The notes: generated by a model from the sequence alone, not told the origin. Shown: positions 46,669 to 56,148, counted from the first letter of the stretch. The stretch: DNA of 63,953 bases from a virus (IMGVR_UViG_3300009081_000013:1-63953); one strand, 5' to 3'. A program made the numbers and translations.

Positions 46669-47343
46669 TTATCGGAACTCCAATGCGCTGCGCAAAGCGT
46701 TCTTTTGCTGAAGCGCTTTAATCAGCGCCGCCTTGGTAGCCGGGTCCACAGAGTTGATCACCTCGATGACCGTCTCCTGAAACTCTTTGACCGCCTTGGC
46801 GTCTGTCAGGGTTTGAAAAATCTCGAGCTGGAACTTTAACTGGGCGCGGATCTCTGCCATGGTGCGAAGCGCCAGGTTGGGGTCGGTCAACGCCATTTGG
46901 CTCCGCTTTTCACCGGAGATCGGATCGGTTGCTTCCACCGTCGTGTAGAGCGTGTCAAGCAGATCATTGGCTGTTTTATTGATTTTGCAGAGCTGGTCGG
47001 CGGTGCGGATCTCACGGGCGATAATCTGCGGTGCTACGCCGGCTGCTTCCCTCACTATCGCGTGCTTTAGCCGGGAGATACGCTGGGACACAGCCGCTGA
47101 GGACACGCCAAAGTGCCGGGCGATCTGGGCGTTGGTACGCCCGGCGCGCACCATCTCATGGAGCTTTGTGTCGTCGATCGTCCCGTGGCCCCGGCCCTTG
47201 TGCGGTTCGGCCGGAACAATAACAAATTCACGGGTTTTCTCGTCGTAATACTCAGTAGTAGGATCGACGCCGACGGGCATTTGGCACTCCGAGGCATGCC
47301 GTTTTGGTATGCCATTTTGGGACATGTTACCAAAAATACACAC
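46669..47343 (-). CDS. terminase small subunit candidate (HTH)
   Basis: TNAQIARHFGVSSAAVSQRI helix-turn-helix; upstream of terL; start uncertain. Confidence 0.65.
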   Translation of the reverse strand: MCIFGNMSQNGIPKRHASECQMPVGVDPTTEYYDEKTREFVIVPAEPHKGRGHGTIDDTKLHEMVRAGRTNAQIARHFGVSSAAVSQRISRLKHAIVREAAGVAPQIIAREIRTADQLCKINKTANDLLDTLYTTVEATDPISGEKRSQMALTDPNLALRTMAEIRAQLKFQLEIFQTLTDAKAVKEFQETVIEVINSVDPATKAALIKALQQKNALRSALEFR

Positions 47344-47360
47344 AAATGTAAAGAACGGGC

Positions 47361-47390
47361 TTGACAGAGGGTGTTTTGGGGATGTAGAAA
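47361..47390 (+). promoter_or_regulatory. putative sigma70-type promoter for the + strand accessory block
   Basis: TTGACA-N18-TAGAAA in the divergent intergenic region. Confidence 0.45.
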
Positions 47391-47425
47391 GTGGCTAACA
47401 AACTGCTAAGACTTGGAGGTGGGAA

Positions 47426-47800
47426 ATGGAGTGCGCGTGTATTGATGCCAACGATGGTAACTACGCAATGATGTTGGGTGATCATAAGATCAAGGCGCGA
47501 ACCACACACATCTGCTGCGAGTGCAAAAGAAAGATACTACCCAGCGAGGTTTACAGAAAAGAAGTCGCTGTGTACGACGGGAAAGTGGCTACCTACAAAA
47601 CTTGCAGTGATTGCAACAGCATCCGTGATGAATTTGTTTGTAGCTGGTATTGGGGTGAGATTCACGAAGCTGTAAGAGAGTCGGTATTCAGCAACCTTTG
47701 CGACATCTCAGAAAGCGGAATCGCAAACCTGACCCCGCGGGCCAGGGGTCTTGTTTGTGAATGGATTGAAGAGTGCTGGGAATGGCACGACGAAGATTAA
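47426..47800 (+). CDS. Zn-binding hypothetical phage protein
   Basis: GGAGG RBS; KARTTHICCEC...KTCSDC. Confidence 0.75.
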   Translation: MECACIDANDGNYAMMLGDHKIKARTTHICCECKRKILPSEVYRKEVAVYDGKVATYKTCSDCNSIRDEFVCSWYWGEIHEAVRESVFSNLCDISESGIANLTPRARGLVCEWIEECWEWHDED

Positions 47801-47806
47801 AAGGAG

Positions 47807-48043
47807 GTGACTTTGAAAACCATAACCGCATACCAAACATCAGACGGCATGACATTCGCGCTCAAACAGGACGCCGCGTATCATGAACGCGGCATTATGC
47901 TCAGTAATTTTTTCAGAGATCATACAGATCCAGGAGACTGTTGGGCCGCCGCTTTCCAAGCGATCCTGGACAACCACAAAGAGTTCATGGAAATGATGCA
48001 CGCCGCGCCGGCGGACGACGTGGATGTGGAGATGCCACTGTGA
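47807..48043 (+). CDS. hypothetical protein
   Basis: AYQTSDGMTF motif, AGGAGG RBS. Confidence 0.65.
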   Translation: MTLKTITAYQTSDGMTFALKQDAAYHERGIMLSNFFRDHTDPGDCWAAAFQAILDNHKEFMEMMHAAPADDVDVEMPL

Positions 48044-48459
48044 GCAAACAGTCCGGCCAGGAACACCCTGAGATCCCCGCCGCGCCCAAAAAGACCAAGC
48101 GCAATCGCCGCCCCACTGCTTGTTCTGTGAAGCGCCGTTCGTACCGTGGCTGTGGCATCTGCGGATCTGAGAACACCGCGAGCCAGGGCGTGGAATACTG
48201 TACGGTATGCGGTGAAGAAACTGAGACCTTACGTCTCACCCACGAGCGCTGGTGGAGATCACCGCCAAAACTGCCGTGCTCATGCTCGAATTGGTCTGCC
48301 AAAATCGTCCACTACATCAGAAGCCGCTGGATCGGCGTAGAAAAATGCCTCGACTGCGGTGCGGTGAAATCGCGCTTTTGTCCCAACGGCCATGACGCTT
48401 GGAAGCATTGGCGCGGCGAGATCTACTGCGCCACGTGTGGATACCGGAGGAAATCATGA
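48040..48459 (+). CDS. multi-Zn-ribbon protein
   Basis: Several CxxCG motifs; GTGA overlap. Confidence 0.6.
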   Translation: MSKQSGQEHPEIPAAPKKTKRNRRPTACSVKRRSYRGCGICGSENTASQGVEYCTVCGEETETLRLTHERWWRSPPKLPCSCSNWSAKIVHYIRSRWIGVEKCLDCGAVKSRFCPNGHDAWKHWRGEIYCATCGYRRKS

Positions 48460-48671
48460 ATGGTGCGACAATCAGCAAAATGACCATACTGTTCACCCCT
48501 CAAGCAAAAATAACCATGAAAGACGCCGCGCAGATTCTGACCACCCGCCAACAGGAAAAAAAGACCTTTGCCTGGTGGATAGAAAATAATGACACCTTCG
48601 TTGTGTTGGGAGACACCGAAGACGTGGAGAGCGCGGTATATGACATCCTCAGGTTGGAGGAGTCCTTATGA
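48456..48671 (+). CDS. hypothetical protein
   Basis: GGAGG RBS, ATGA overlaps. Confidence 0.6.
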   Translation: MNGATISKMTILFTPQAKITMKDAAQILTTRQQEKKTFAWWIENNDTFVVLGDTEDVESAVYDILRLEESL

Positions 48672-49300
48672 CCGACACGAATCTGGTTCCGAATAGGAAC
48701 CACCCAGAAAAAGGCGCCAAGCTCTGGAAGTCGCCCATCAAAAACATCGATGATGTGGAGCGCATCGCCAACATCCTGCGCCCGTCGGCTCGCAACCATG
48801 CGATCTTCCTGGTGGGGGTAAACACCAACCTGCGGGCGTCAGACCTCTGTGCCCTGACGATAGGCGATGTGCGCGATCTCAAAGTGGGCGACCCGCTCAT
48901 GCTCAAAGACCAAAAGCCCAACCGCTACGTCATCCGCGCCGCCAACAAGACACTGGTGGGGGCGGTCAAGCGGCTGCTGGCGGAACACCCGCGATCAGGC
49001 GACGCCGGCGCGCCGCTGTTCCTGTCGCAGCGCGGGGGACCAATTGAAGTTTCGTCGCTGTCGCGTCTGGTGAAAAGCTGGTGCAAGCACGCAAAACTAC
49101 GCGGCCGTTACGGCAGCCACAGTCTGAGGAAAACCTGGGCGTACCATGCGCTGAACACGTTCAGTGTAGAGTTCCACATCGTCTCCGCCGCGCTCGGCCA
49201 TCGTGACCATGCCACAACGCTCACCTACCTTGGCATTCCGGTGAAGGCGATCAAGGCAGCTTTTATGAATGAACTGGGTGTGCCACAACCAAAGGAGTGA
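48668..49300 (+). CDS. tyrosine recombinase (catalytic domain only)
   Basis: NLRASDL (R), QK (K), SHSLRKT (HxxR), LGH, TLTYLG (Y). Confidence 0.92.
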   Translation: MTDTNLVPNRNHPEKGAKLWKSPIKNIDDVERIANILRPSARNHAIFLVGVNTNLRASDLCALTIGDVRDLKVGDPLMLKDQKPNRYVIRAANKTLVGAVKRLLAEHPRSGDAGAPLFLSQRGGPIEVSSLSRLVKSWCKHAKLRGRYGSHSLRKTWAYHALNTFSVEFHIVSAALGHRDHATTLTYLGIPVKAIKAAFMNELGVPQPKE

Positions 49301-49303
49301 TCC

Positions 49304-49675
49304 ATGACAAGACGCTATTTTCTCGCTGGAAAAGAGATTTCTCTGCCCGAATACCCCGCGGCAACCATGAGCGACCATCCGGCGGTGTTCAACGGTGCGC
49401 TCGACTCTAAAGACCCACTGCTCGCAGAAAGCCTCCGTGCTGCCAAGGTGCTGCTCAGAGAGTCCTTCATCGTGCTTTACGACGACGGCAGCGCGGCTGT
49501 TTACCGGATCAAAGGGAATCTGTCCGAACCGTGTTGTGAGAACTTTATCCACCAGTGGTTTGAGTCATTCGGCGGCGCCGGCCGTGAGCTACACCCTTAC
49601 CAATTCTGCCCGATGTGCGGGAAAAACCTGCTTCGATACGTTGAGGAGCGTTATGAAACCAACCAAAAAGCGTAA
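49304..49675 (+). CDS. hypothetical protein
   Basis: AAGGAG RBS; CC...FCPMCG. Confidence 0.6.
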   Translation: MTRRYFLAGKEISLPEYPAATMSDHPAVFNGALDSKDPLLAESLRAAKVLLRESFIVLYDDGSAAVYRIKGNLSEPCCENFIHQWFESFGGAGRELHPYQFCPMCGKNLLRYVEERYETNQKA

Positions 49676-49907
49676 CAGGCCAAAGCCACACGGTGTGCGC
49701 CGGCGGGCGTATGCGGCGAGCCAACAGCCCCCAAAAGCATGGACCGCGTACCAGCGACACCATGGCTCGCCGACCTACGAAGAGGTGCAGGCGGTGGCGC
49801 AGATGCTGTTTGATAAATGCCAAGACAATCTCTTTGGTTTGGCGCTTGGATACGGTGTCGCCTGCATGGATGCCCGACGCTGGTATGAGGAGGGTACTGA
49901 CTGGTGA
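49653..49907 (+). CDS. hypothetical protein
   Basis: GAGGAG RBS. Confidence 0.5.
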   Translation: MKPTKKRNRPKPHGVRRRAYAASQQPPKAWTAYQRHHGSPTYEEVQAVAQMLFDKCQDNLFGLALGYGVACMDARRWYEEGTDW

Positions 49908-50152
49908 AAAAGACCTTCTTTCCCCCACCCGCGTCAAAATGTCATACCGTGCAGGCGTCACGCAGCATCTTCCAACACGAACTCACCTACAGCCGCTTCA
50001 CCGAACTGCAACTCATCGGGGTCCACATCAAGCGCTTGGTTGAGATGCTACGCGCCCGGGGCGGTGTGTATGGTCAACGCTTTTACATCGATCGACCCGA
50101 CTTGCCGGGAATGCCGGCGGTGATCGTGGGCTGGATCGGATTTGAGGATTAA
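49904..50152 (+). CDS. hypothetical protein
   Basis: GTGA overlap. Confidence 0.5.
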   Translation: MKKTFFPPPASKCHTVQASRSIFQHELTYSRFTELQLIGVHIKRLVEMLRARGGVYGQRFYIDRPDLPGMPAVIVGWIGFED

Positions 50153-50564
50153 GGAGGAAAAATCAGTGTGCTACACCAACTTCCCATCAACTAAAGGAGA
50201 AAAACCGAGGGCTTACACAACAGCAGAAATAGCTCGTGAACCGTATGACCCTCGTGCCGTTTATGGCCCGTTCCCAGTGCCAACGGTGCAAGAGCCCCAA
50301 CCCTCATCGGTGTTCATGACCCCCTCCGAGGCGCTCATCTGCCGCTTCGATGCGGCGGTGAAAGACCTCTGCTGCACCGTCACCGACCTGGAACGGCGGC
50401 TCGAGTCCTCGATCGCTTACCAGGAGAGCGCCAAGGCAGCGACGCCAAACATGAAGGACGCACCGTATAGCTCCCCGCTCCTGCGCCGGCTGGACGAGCT
50501 GGTGGGCGCCGTGGAGGGGCAAATCGCCGTCATGCAGCGGCTGCTGGGACGACTGGAGGTGTAA
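50142..50564 (+). CDS. coiled-coil hypothetical protein
   Basis: Operonic; start uncertain. Confidence 0.55.
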   Translation: MRIKEEKSVCYTNFPSTKGEKPRAYTTAEIAREPYDPRAVYGPFPVPTVQEPQPSSVFMTPSEALICRFDAAVKDLCCTVTDLERRLESSIAYQESAKAATPNMKDAPYSSPLLRRLDELVGAVEGQIAVMQRLLGRLEV

Positions 50565-50566
50565 CC

Positions 50567-50932
50567 ATGAGCGAAACAATAAAAAAGCACGAAAGAGGAT
50601 CGATCGGCGAGTGGATCTCAAAGAGCGAAAAACCTTTTTTCATCCACTTGTACGTGGCCGGCAGCTACGAAACAGCAGAACGATGCTGCCGTGAAGCGTG
50701 TTTCCCTTCGGGGCTGTGTGTCACCATTGAGCCCGTACGCTACATCTTCGGTGGCGGCTCTGAAGACGGTGTTCGTGTTGGTTTTATCCAGTACCCACCT
50801 TTCCCCGAAAACGAGCAAGATATTTATGCAAAAGCCGAAAACTTAGGCAAACGAATCTGCGAAGAGGGTTTTCAGTTCTCATTTACGCTGGTAACTCCAA
50901 ACGAAAACACGTTTTTCTCACGCAGAAAGTAG
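50567..50932 (+). CDS. hypothetical protein
   Basis: GGAGG RBS; GLCVTIEP..YIFGGGSEDGVRVGFIQYP.FP. Confidence 0.7.
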   Translation: MSETIKKHERGSIGEWISKSEKPFFIHLYVAGSYETAERCCREACFPSGLCVTIEPVRYIFGGGSEDGVRVGFIQYPPFPENEQDIYAKAENLGKRICEEGFQFSFTLVTPNENTFFSRRK

Positions 50933-50938
50933 ACACCT

Positions 50939-51649
50939 ATGACCAGACACATCGTAGCACTTTCCGGCGGTAAAGATTCAACGGCGATGAGCTTGCGGCT
51001 CAAAGAGCTGCACCCCGACCGCCAATTTGAGTTCGTTGTAACCCCAACTGGCGATGAGCTGCCAGACATGGAGCGCCACTGGCGAATGCTGGAACGCCTG
51101 CTCGGCGGGCTCACCAGGCTGTCTGGCATGACCCTTTTTGAGTGCATCGAGCGCGAACAGATGATCCCCAACTCCCGCGCCCGCTTTTGTACCAGAATCC
51201 TTAAAATCGAACCGTTTATGGACTTTATGGACGCTTTGCCGCCAGGGTCGTCCATGTACGTTGGCCTTCGCCACGATGAACCAGACCGCCTTGGGATTGT
51301 GCGGCCGGAAAGCCAGTTCAACATCGTTTACCCCATGAGAGAATGGCAGTGGGGTCTGCCAGAGGTAAAGCGGTACTTGGCCGCCAAAGGTGTTGAAATC
51401 CCAAAACGCACCGACTGCGGCGCGTGTTTCTACCAGCGGCTGCCTGAGTGGCGAGAACTGCTGGAAACAGCCCCTGACCGATACGAAAAATACGTCCAAA
51501 TCGAGAAAAAGATCGGCCACACGTTCCGATCCCCAAGCCGTGACACTTGGCCCGCAGATCTTGACGGACTGCGGCGGGAAATCCTGAGCGGCCGAAAGAT
51601 GCGCAACACCACCGGGCGCAACCAGCGGTGCCGGTTCTGCTCCATGTAG
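50939..51649 (+). CDS. PAPS-reductase-like (PP-loop) protein
   Basis: HIVALSGGKDSTAM, RFCTRILKIEP, VGLR.DE..R, RTDCGACF. Confidence 0.88.
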   Translation: MTRHIVALSGGKDSTAMSLRLKELHPDRQFEFVVTPTGDELPDMERHWRMLERLLGGLTRLSGMTLFECIEREQMIPNSRARFCTRILKIEPFMDFMDALPPGSSMYVGLRHDEPDRLGIVRPESQFNIVYPMREWQWGLPEVKRYLAAKGVEIPKRTDCGACFYQRLPEWRELLETAPDRYEKYVQIEKKIGHTFRSPSRDTWPADLDGLRREILSGRKMRNTTGRNQRCRFCSM

Positions 51650-51677
51650 GGCCGCGCCAACAAAAAATTTTACGCTT

Positions 51678-51704
51678 GGGCCTCTTTTGAGGCCCTTTTC
51701 TTTT
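51678..51704 (+). terminator. rho-independent terminator
   Basis: GGGCCTC-TTTT-GAGGCCC followed by TTTTCTTTT. Confidence 0.85.
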
Positions 51705-51767
51705 GGAAATCTGCTGGTTGTGGCCCCTACCCCCTGTTTTAACCATGCAATTGCGTGATTTTACCCC

Positions 51768-52250
51768 TCATCCCGGTACTACAACCTGCCCCAAGCCGCT
51801 CTGGCGCAGCATGTAAAGGTCTATCTCGCCATACGCCACCAGACAGATGGGCGCTCCACTGTTAAAATCCGCTCTGCGGCCGTCCACGTAGTGGAAATGC
51901 GGCCGGCTCTTGATGAAAAGCACGCCATTGGCCACAGGCCACACTGACTCATAGAACATCGCCGTCTCTGTGCGGGCGGGTATAAGCGCCGTTCCACAGC
52001 CATAAGACGCCATTTTACGCAACCACAGGGCGGCCGCCTTGCCAAACGGCGGGTTAAGCCACACTCGACCAAACCAGGGTTGTACGAGGCCATCGTCTTC
52101 GATCGTAAAAACGTGCCCTGCGGTCGGCCAAGGCTGAACGATGGGCGCGCACGGGTCGAGATCGAAATACCCAAGGCGGTCCAGGATGCTCGGCGGTGTC
52201 AGCCACTCATCGGTTCCCATGCTATGGCTCTGGTGCGACGAAAGACCCAT
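51768..52250 (-). CDS. phage N6-adenine DNA methyltransferase (Dam-type)
   Basis: DEWLTPP, FDLDPCA, VWLNPPF, LIPARTET. Confidence 0.9.
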   Translation of the reverse strand: MGLSSHQSHSMGTDEWLTPPSILDRLGYFDLDPCAPIVQPWPTAGHVFTIEDDGLVQPWFGRVWLNPPFGKAAALWLRKMASYGCGTALIPARTETAMFYESVWPVANGVLFIKSRPHFHYVDGRRADFNSGAPICLVAYGEIDLYMLRQSGLGQVVVPG

Positions 52251-52285
52251 AAAAACAGCCCCCTGTGTGTCATTTTTGATGCTTT

Positions 52286-52314
52286 ATTATACTGTCCAGA
52301 GCTGCGGTGAGCAA
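52286..52314 (-). promoter_or_regulatory. sigma70-type promoter of the methyltransferase
   Basis: TTGCTC-N17-TATAAT on the - strand. Confidence 0.65.
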
Positions 52315-52337
52315 GAAAAAAGCAGGCTGTGCCTCGA

Positions 52338-52480
52338 AAACAGCCCCTGATCGCCACAGAATCTGCGGTGAAACACGTTAAAAAGCCCCCTGAGCGCCCG
52401 TTAATCTGCGGTTTCACCTGCTGTTCTGCGCTAAAAGCCCCTGATCGCCTGTGAACAGGCCGGTTTCACCTGCTGTTCTG
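52338..52480. repeat. imperfect direct repeats
   Basis: AGCCCC(C)TGA(T/G)CGCC x3; CGGTTTCACCTGCTGTTCTG x2 (52409, 52461). Confidence 0.8.
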
Positions 52481-52493
52481 GGGCGAGGCGGGG

Positions 52494-53084
52494 CTAAAAA
52501 AGCCTTCTCCACCTAAAAATGCTCTGAACATACTGATATGCGGGGCTATTGCTGTCGCACCCCGCCCAATCGAGACACTGCTCCGCTGCCAGGCGGGCGC
52601 AAACCGCGTCATCGAAGTCCCTGTAGTGCCCCAAAGGCTTCTCTTCCCCCATAACTGTAACCGACGCAAACCATGCAAACATACTCCGGTCCCACATAAC
52701 CCCTTTAATCCCGCTGGAGTTGTGCTTGTGGTTGCCAGTATTCCGCTGGTTACACATGTTTGTAGCTTCCCTCAGGTTATCTAAACGGTTGTCCAGCGGG
52801 TTACGGTTGATGTGGTCAATGTAGTGTTCGGGAAAATAACCATGGACGTGCAGCCAGATGAGGCGGTGGAGCATGTATGCTTTTCGATTGATATGGACCA
52901 CTTTGTAGCTGCGGCCCCCCTTGCTGCTTTTCTTGGTCTTGCCAACCTCCCGCCCCACCGCCCCCCTTGGGCCTCTGCGAACGCGCCGGGTCATAACACC
53001 TTTGACTGGATCATAATCAAACAAGGATCGGACATACTCTTGTGTTAACAATGGTTTTTCTCCTCTCTGTAGGTAATTAAGCAC
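52494..53084 (-). CDS. HNH endonuclease with AP2-like domain
   Basis: LFDYDP, HRLIW, IDHINRNPLDNRLDNLREA, NSSGIKGV.W. Confidence 0.92.
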   Translation of the reverse strand: MLNYLQRGEKPLLTQEYVRSLFDYDPVKGVMTRRVRRGPRGAVGREVGKTKKSSKGGRSYKVVHINRKAYMLHRLIWLHVHGYFPEHYIDHINRNPLDNRLDNLREATNMCNQRNTGNHKHNSSGIKGVMWDRSMFAWFASVTVMGEEKPLGHYRDFDDAVCARLAAEQCLDWAGCDSNSPAYQYVQSIFRWRRLF

Positions 53085-53489
53085 ATTCTACCACATTGGG
53101 GGGTATAAAATAAAGTCCCCCATTAGAAGCTGTTTTATAAATAGCTTAAAAAATTATGTTTTTGATGGCATTGTATTGCGAGACCGACGCTATTAGGGGA
53201 TCGACTTTGGCAAGGGGTACCACCTTATCAGGAACTATTCCTATTAAAGCCCCTGTTTTCCCCTGATTCTGCCCCAACTTGCCAACTATTCCAATTAGTT
53301 GGCAAGCGTATGATGTAAGGTATGCTGCTGGAATTACAGGGAATAGTGCTTGTTTAGCTGGTTCGCTGTCCAGAATCAAATGACTTGGCCCGGGAAAATC
53401 AGAATCAGACGAGACACCTTATATAGTAGGCGCTGGGTATCCTGGCGCTGCTGGGCAATCGATCAGCAAGCGCCGGATAAAAGGCGACG

Positions 53490-53536
53490 AAGTGTCTCAC
53501 GTGATACACAAGTGTCTCATTTGCTCGTGAGACAGT
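53490..53536. promoter_or_regulatory. operator-like inverted repeats (TGTCTCA/TGAGACA)
   Basis: GTGTCTCAC-GTGATACAC and TGTCTCA-N8-TGAGACA in a ~600-bp non-coding region. Confidence 0.45.
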
Positions 53537-53674
53537 GCGTCATTTTGGCGCACCTTCGAAAGCTATCAGCTCTATCAATAGCACCTATTGAAAAAGACAA
53601 TCGTGCAATTTGCACGAATACAGTACGCCGCATCTGCTCTCTATGAATATTTATTCGAAATGTGAAAATATTTG

Positions 53675-53703
53675 TTGACAAGGATTATGATTATGATAAT
53701 AAT
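53675..53703 (+). promoter_or_regulatory. putative early promoter
   Basis: TTGACA-N17-AATAAT with AT-rich upstream sequence. Confidence 0.65.
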
Positions 53704-53734
53704 CGACCATACAACAACAGAAAGGATGGACCGA

Positions 53735-53863
53735 ATGAAATGCAAATGCCAACTGTGCGGTTATGAGTGGCAAGCCCGCACCGAAAACCCGAAGTCTTGC
53801 CCCAACTGCAAAAGCTATAAATGGAACAAAGAAGAAGAGAAAGGGGAGCAAGAAAAGAAATGA
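53735..53863 (+). CDS. small Zn-ribbon protein
   Basis: CQLCGYEW...PKSCPNCKSYKW. Confidence 0.75.
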   Translation: MKCKCQLCGYEWQARTENPKSCPNCKSYKWNKEEEKGEQEKK

Positions 53864-54150
53864 ACCGGGTATCAACTGAAACGAAAAGCCGCAGACTTGC
53901 CCGCGAAATGGCCAAAAAGATCCATCCTTTTATAAGGCCGGATCAGCACGTGCACCACATCGACGGAAACCCGATGAACAACTCTATTGAAAATCTTTGC
54001 ATACTACCCGCGAGTTTCCACGCGCATCTTCACCATTATGGTAAACCAAGCAAATTTAAAAACGTTAGACGGGTAGATTTAAAACGCGACTTAGCAACAC
54101 TCGAAAGATTATTAAAAATTTATAACGAAGGTTTTGTGGATCTTTATTGA
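53860..54150 (+). CDS. HNH endonuclease
   Basis: HVHHIDGNPMNNSIENL...H..LH. Confidence 0.8.
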   Translation: MNRVSTETKSRRLAREMAKKIHPFIRPDQHVHHIDGNPMNNSIENLCILPASFHAHLHHYGKPSKFKNVRRVDLKRDLATLERLLKIYNEGFVDLY

Positions 54151-54204
54151 AAGGGCTTGCGCGGAGGAGTTAAAACCAGAACCAACAGACAAGGAGAAAA
54201 GCAG

Positions 54205-54405
54205 ATGGATAAAATCTACATCATCCAACACCGAGGATATGGTATGAGCGCTTTCCAGAAAATAGAAACCGCTTTAACCAGGTTACACACTATCACTGGG
54301 GAAAAGTTCACAAAAAGGGACCGCGCGCACGTTGAATCCGGCGGAACAATTGATCTACTCGAAAAGCATGAAGTGCGCTTGATACCATTAGCCATAGAGG
54401 ACTAA
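54205..54405 (+). CDS. hypothetical protein
   Basis: AAGGAG RBS. Confidence 0.6.
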   Translation: MDKIYIIQHRGYGMSAFQKIETALTRLHTITGEKFTKRDRAHVESGGTIDLLEKHEVRLIPLAIED

Positions 54406-54648
54406 CCCAATGCTCCCAGAACTTCTTTCAATCATCGCCTCAATACCTTATTTAATGCTCGTACTCGTGGGCATTGGGTATCTGGTAACAAGGAGATAAG
54501 CAGATGAAGTTATCTCTCGAACTCCAAATTAAGACCATAACGCCGTGTAAGCGATGCCCACTATTCAAGCAATGCCCGTTTGCATCCAAGGGCAAGTGTG
54601 AACTCCAAAACGCATGGGATCAGACCATGCAGGAAAGGAAATAAGACC

Positions 54649-55251
54649 ATGACAACATATAAAGGTGTCGACTACGGCATGGGAAAAACCAATATCGGCG
54701 AAAAAGGCATACGTTTTGGTGTTATCAACCAGAATGAAGTCGGACAAGCTTGGTTTGAACAAGCCGAAGCCGACTATGGCCCGCCGACTTGTCCGAAATG
54801 CGGCAATGAAGCAATAATCCTTGAGACAATCTCAAGAGAAAGCGACCCACCGGGCTCCTGGGTATCCTTTGAAACTGTTATCCCTAAACACATGGAAAAC
54901 TGGAAAGAAGAAAACCGAGGGTGTATCGAATACGCTTGCGAACATTGCGAATACTTGTTCAGCTCTGACGATGCTTTCGGAGACGAACCACTTGCCTTTT
55001 CCTACACTGGGAGCATATACAAAATCCACCAAAGCGGAAACGACACCGACCTGTTTATCGAAAAATCACCCTTTTTCACCTACGCTCAATTTTGTTCACC
55101 TTGCGCGCCAGGCGCCGTATATCTCATGAACCCCTTGGACGAACCGGACCAGAACAATAAAGGCTATTGCCTTGGTCATGACTGGTTCGAAAGCGGAAAA
55201 GCGCCATACAAGGTTTTCAATGTAGAAACGGGCGAAGAAGTGTCTATTTGA
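54649..55251 (+). CDS. hypothetical early protein with Cys motifs
   Basis: CPKC, CEHC, FCSPCAPGA. Confidence 0.75.
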   Translation: MTTYKGVDYGMGKTNIGEKGIRFGVINQNEVGQAWFEQAEADYGPPTCPKCGNEAIILETISRESDPPGSWVSFETVIPKHMENWKEENRGCIEYACEHCEYLFSSDDAFGDEPLAFSYTGSIYKIHQSGNDTDLFIEKSPFFTYAQFCSPCAPGAVYLMNPLDEPDQNNKGYCLGHDWFESGKAPYKVFNVETGEEVSI

Positions 55252-55329
55252 CTCCTAATCACAGGGACAAGCCAAAGCGCTTGCCCTTGTCATGAGGTAG
55301 TCAAACAACTAAACCGAAAGGAAAAACCA

Positions 55330-55650
55330 ATGAAGAAAGCCACTTTTAGAATCACCCTTGTCAACCCCAAACGCGAACAATTTGTCACCGGATGGATAGG
55401 CCGACAATTTGGCGCGCATAAGAACAACTCCGGAAACTATGTTGTTACCCATTTGCGAACCGGCGTGCGCGTAAGCTGGTTCAACTACCTGAAAAACGCT
55501 AAAGACTTTATTGACCGTATGGAAAAAGCGGCGTGGAAGCAAACCTGGGATTCAAACGACGTTCAAGCAATCGCCAAAGTAAACGGACCTAAAACCAAAG
55601 CGCTCGAAGCAATTGCGCGTGGTATCCAAGGCGTTACTATACCTGAATAG
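55330..55650 (+). CDS. hypothetical early protein
   Basis: AAGGA RBS; YVVTHLRTG. Confidence 0.7.
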   Translation: MKKATFRITLVNPKREQFVTGWIGRQFGAHKNNSGNYVVTHLRTGVRVSWFNYLKNAKDFIDRMEKAAWKQTWDSNDVQAIAKVNGPKTKALEAIARGIQGVTIPE

Positions 55651-55774
55651 CCTTAAATGGGGGAATAATGAAAGAAGCACTCGCTTTGCTTATTTTCTTT
55701 TGTTGGATGTTTTTTATGCTTGCATTGGGAAACATTTTAGGCTTATAACGAGACCAAAACAAAGGAGAAAAAAC

Positions 55775-55951
55775 ATGTGGGTACTACAAAGGATAAGTCA
55801 AGGCGGCGGATACGTGGCCAAACCAGGACACACAAAATCTTACACTTCCCGAATTCAATACGCGCAAAAATACCTCACCGAAGAAGAGGCACGCGCGGAT
55901 AGCTGCATAGAAAACGAGCGCCCTGTAAGAATCGAATACGTTATAAACTGA
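55775..55951 (+). CDS. hypothetical early protein
   Basis: AAGGAG RBS. Confidence 0.65.
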   Translation: MWVLQRISQGGGYVAKPGHTKSYTSRIQYAQKYLTEEEARADSCIENERPVRIEYVIN

Positions 55952-55964
55952 CAAGGAGACTACC

Positions 55965-56126
55965 ATGACCATGAAAAAATTTATCAAGCAAAACAAGGAC
56001 GATCTTGACCGGGCGATCCGGCGCGCATGCTCTAATTGCCGACTAAACGACGCCGAGCGCCGCATGTGGATATTGAACGACGAAGGGCTTTATCGCTGGG
56101 CGCGCAGTGAAGGCGTGAAAATCTAA
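55965..56126 (+). CDS. small early protein (not in ORF track)
   Basis: AAGGAG RBS; WILNDEGLYRWA. Confidence 0.7.
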   Translation: MTMKKFIKQNKDDLDRAIRRACSNCRLNDAERRMWILNDEGLYRWARSEGVKI

Positions 56127-56148
56127 CCCAAGAAAGGAAACCAAAGCC

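Noticed and set aside
52338-52480. Possible mini-CRISPR array
   Set aside because: Repeats are short and imperfect, and the intervening sequences share repeats rather than being unique spacers. The DUF2800 nuclease is a replication-module gene, not a cas locus.
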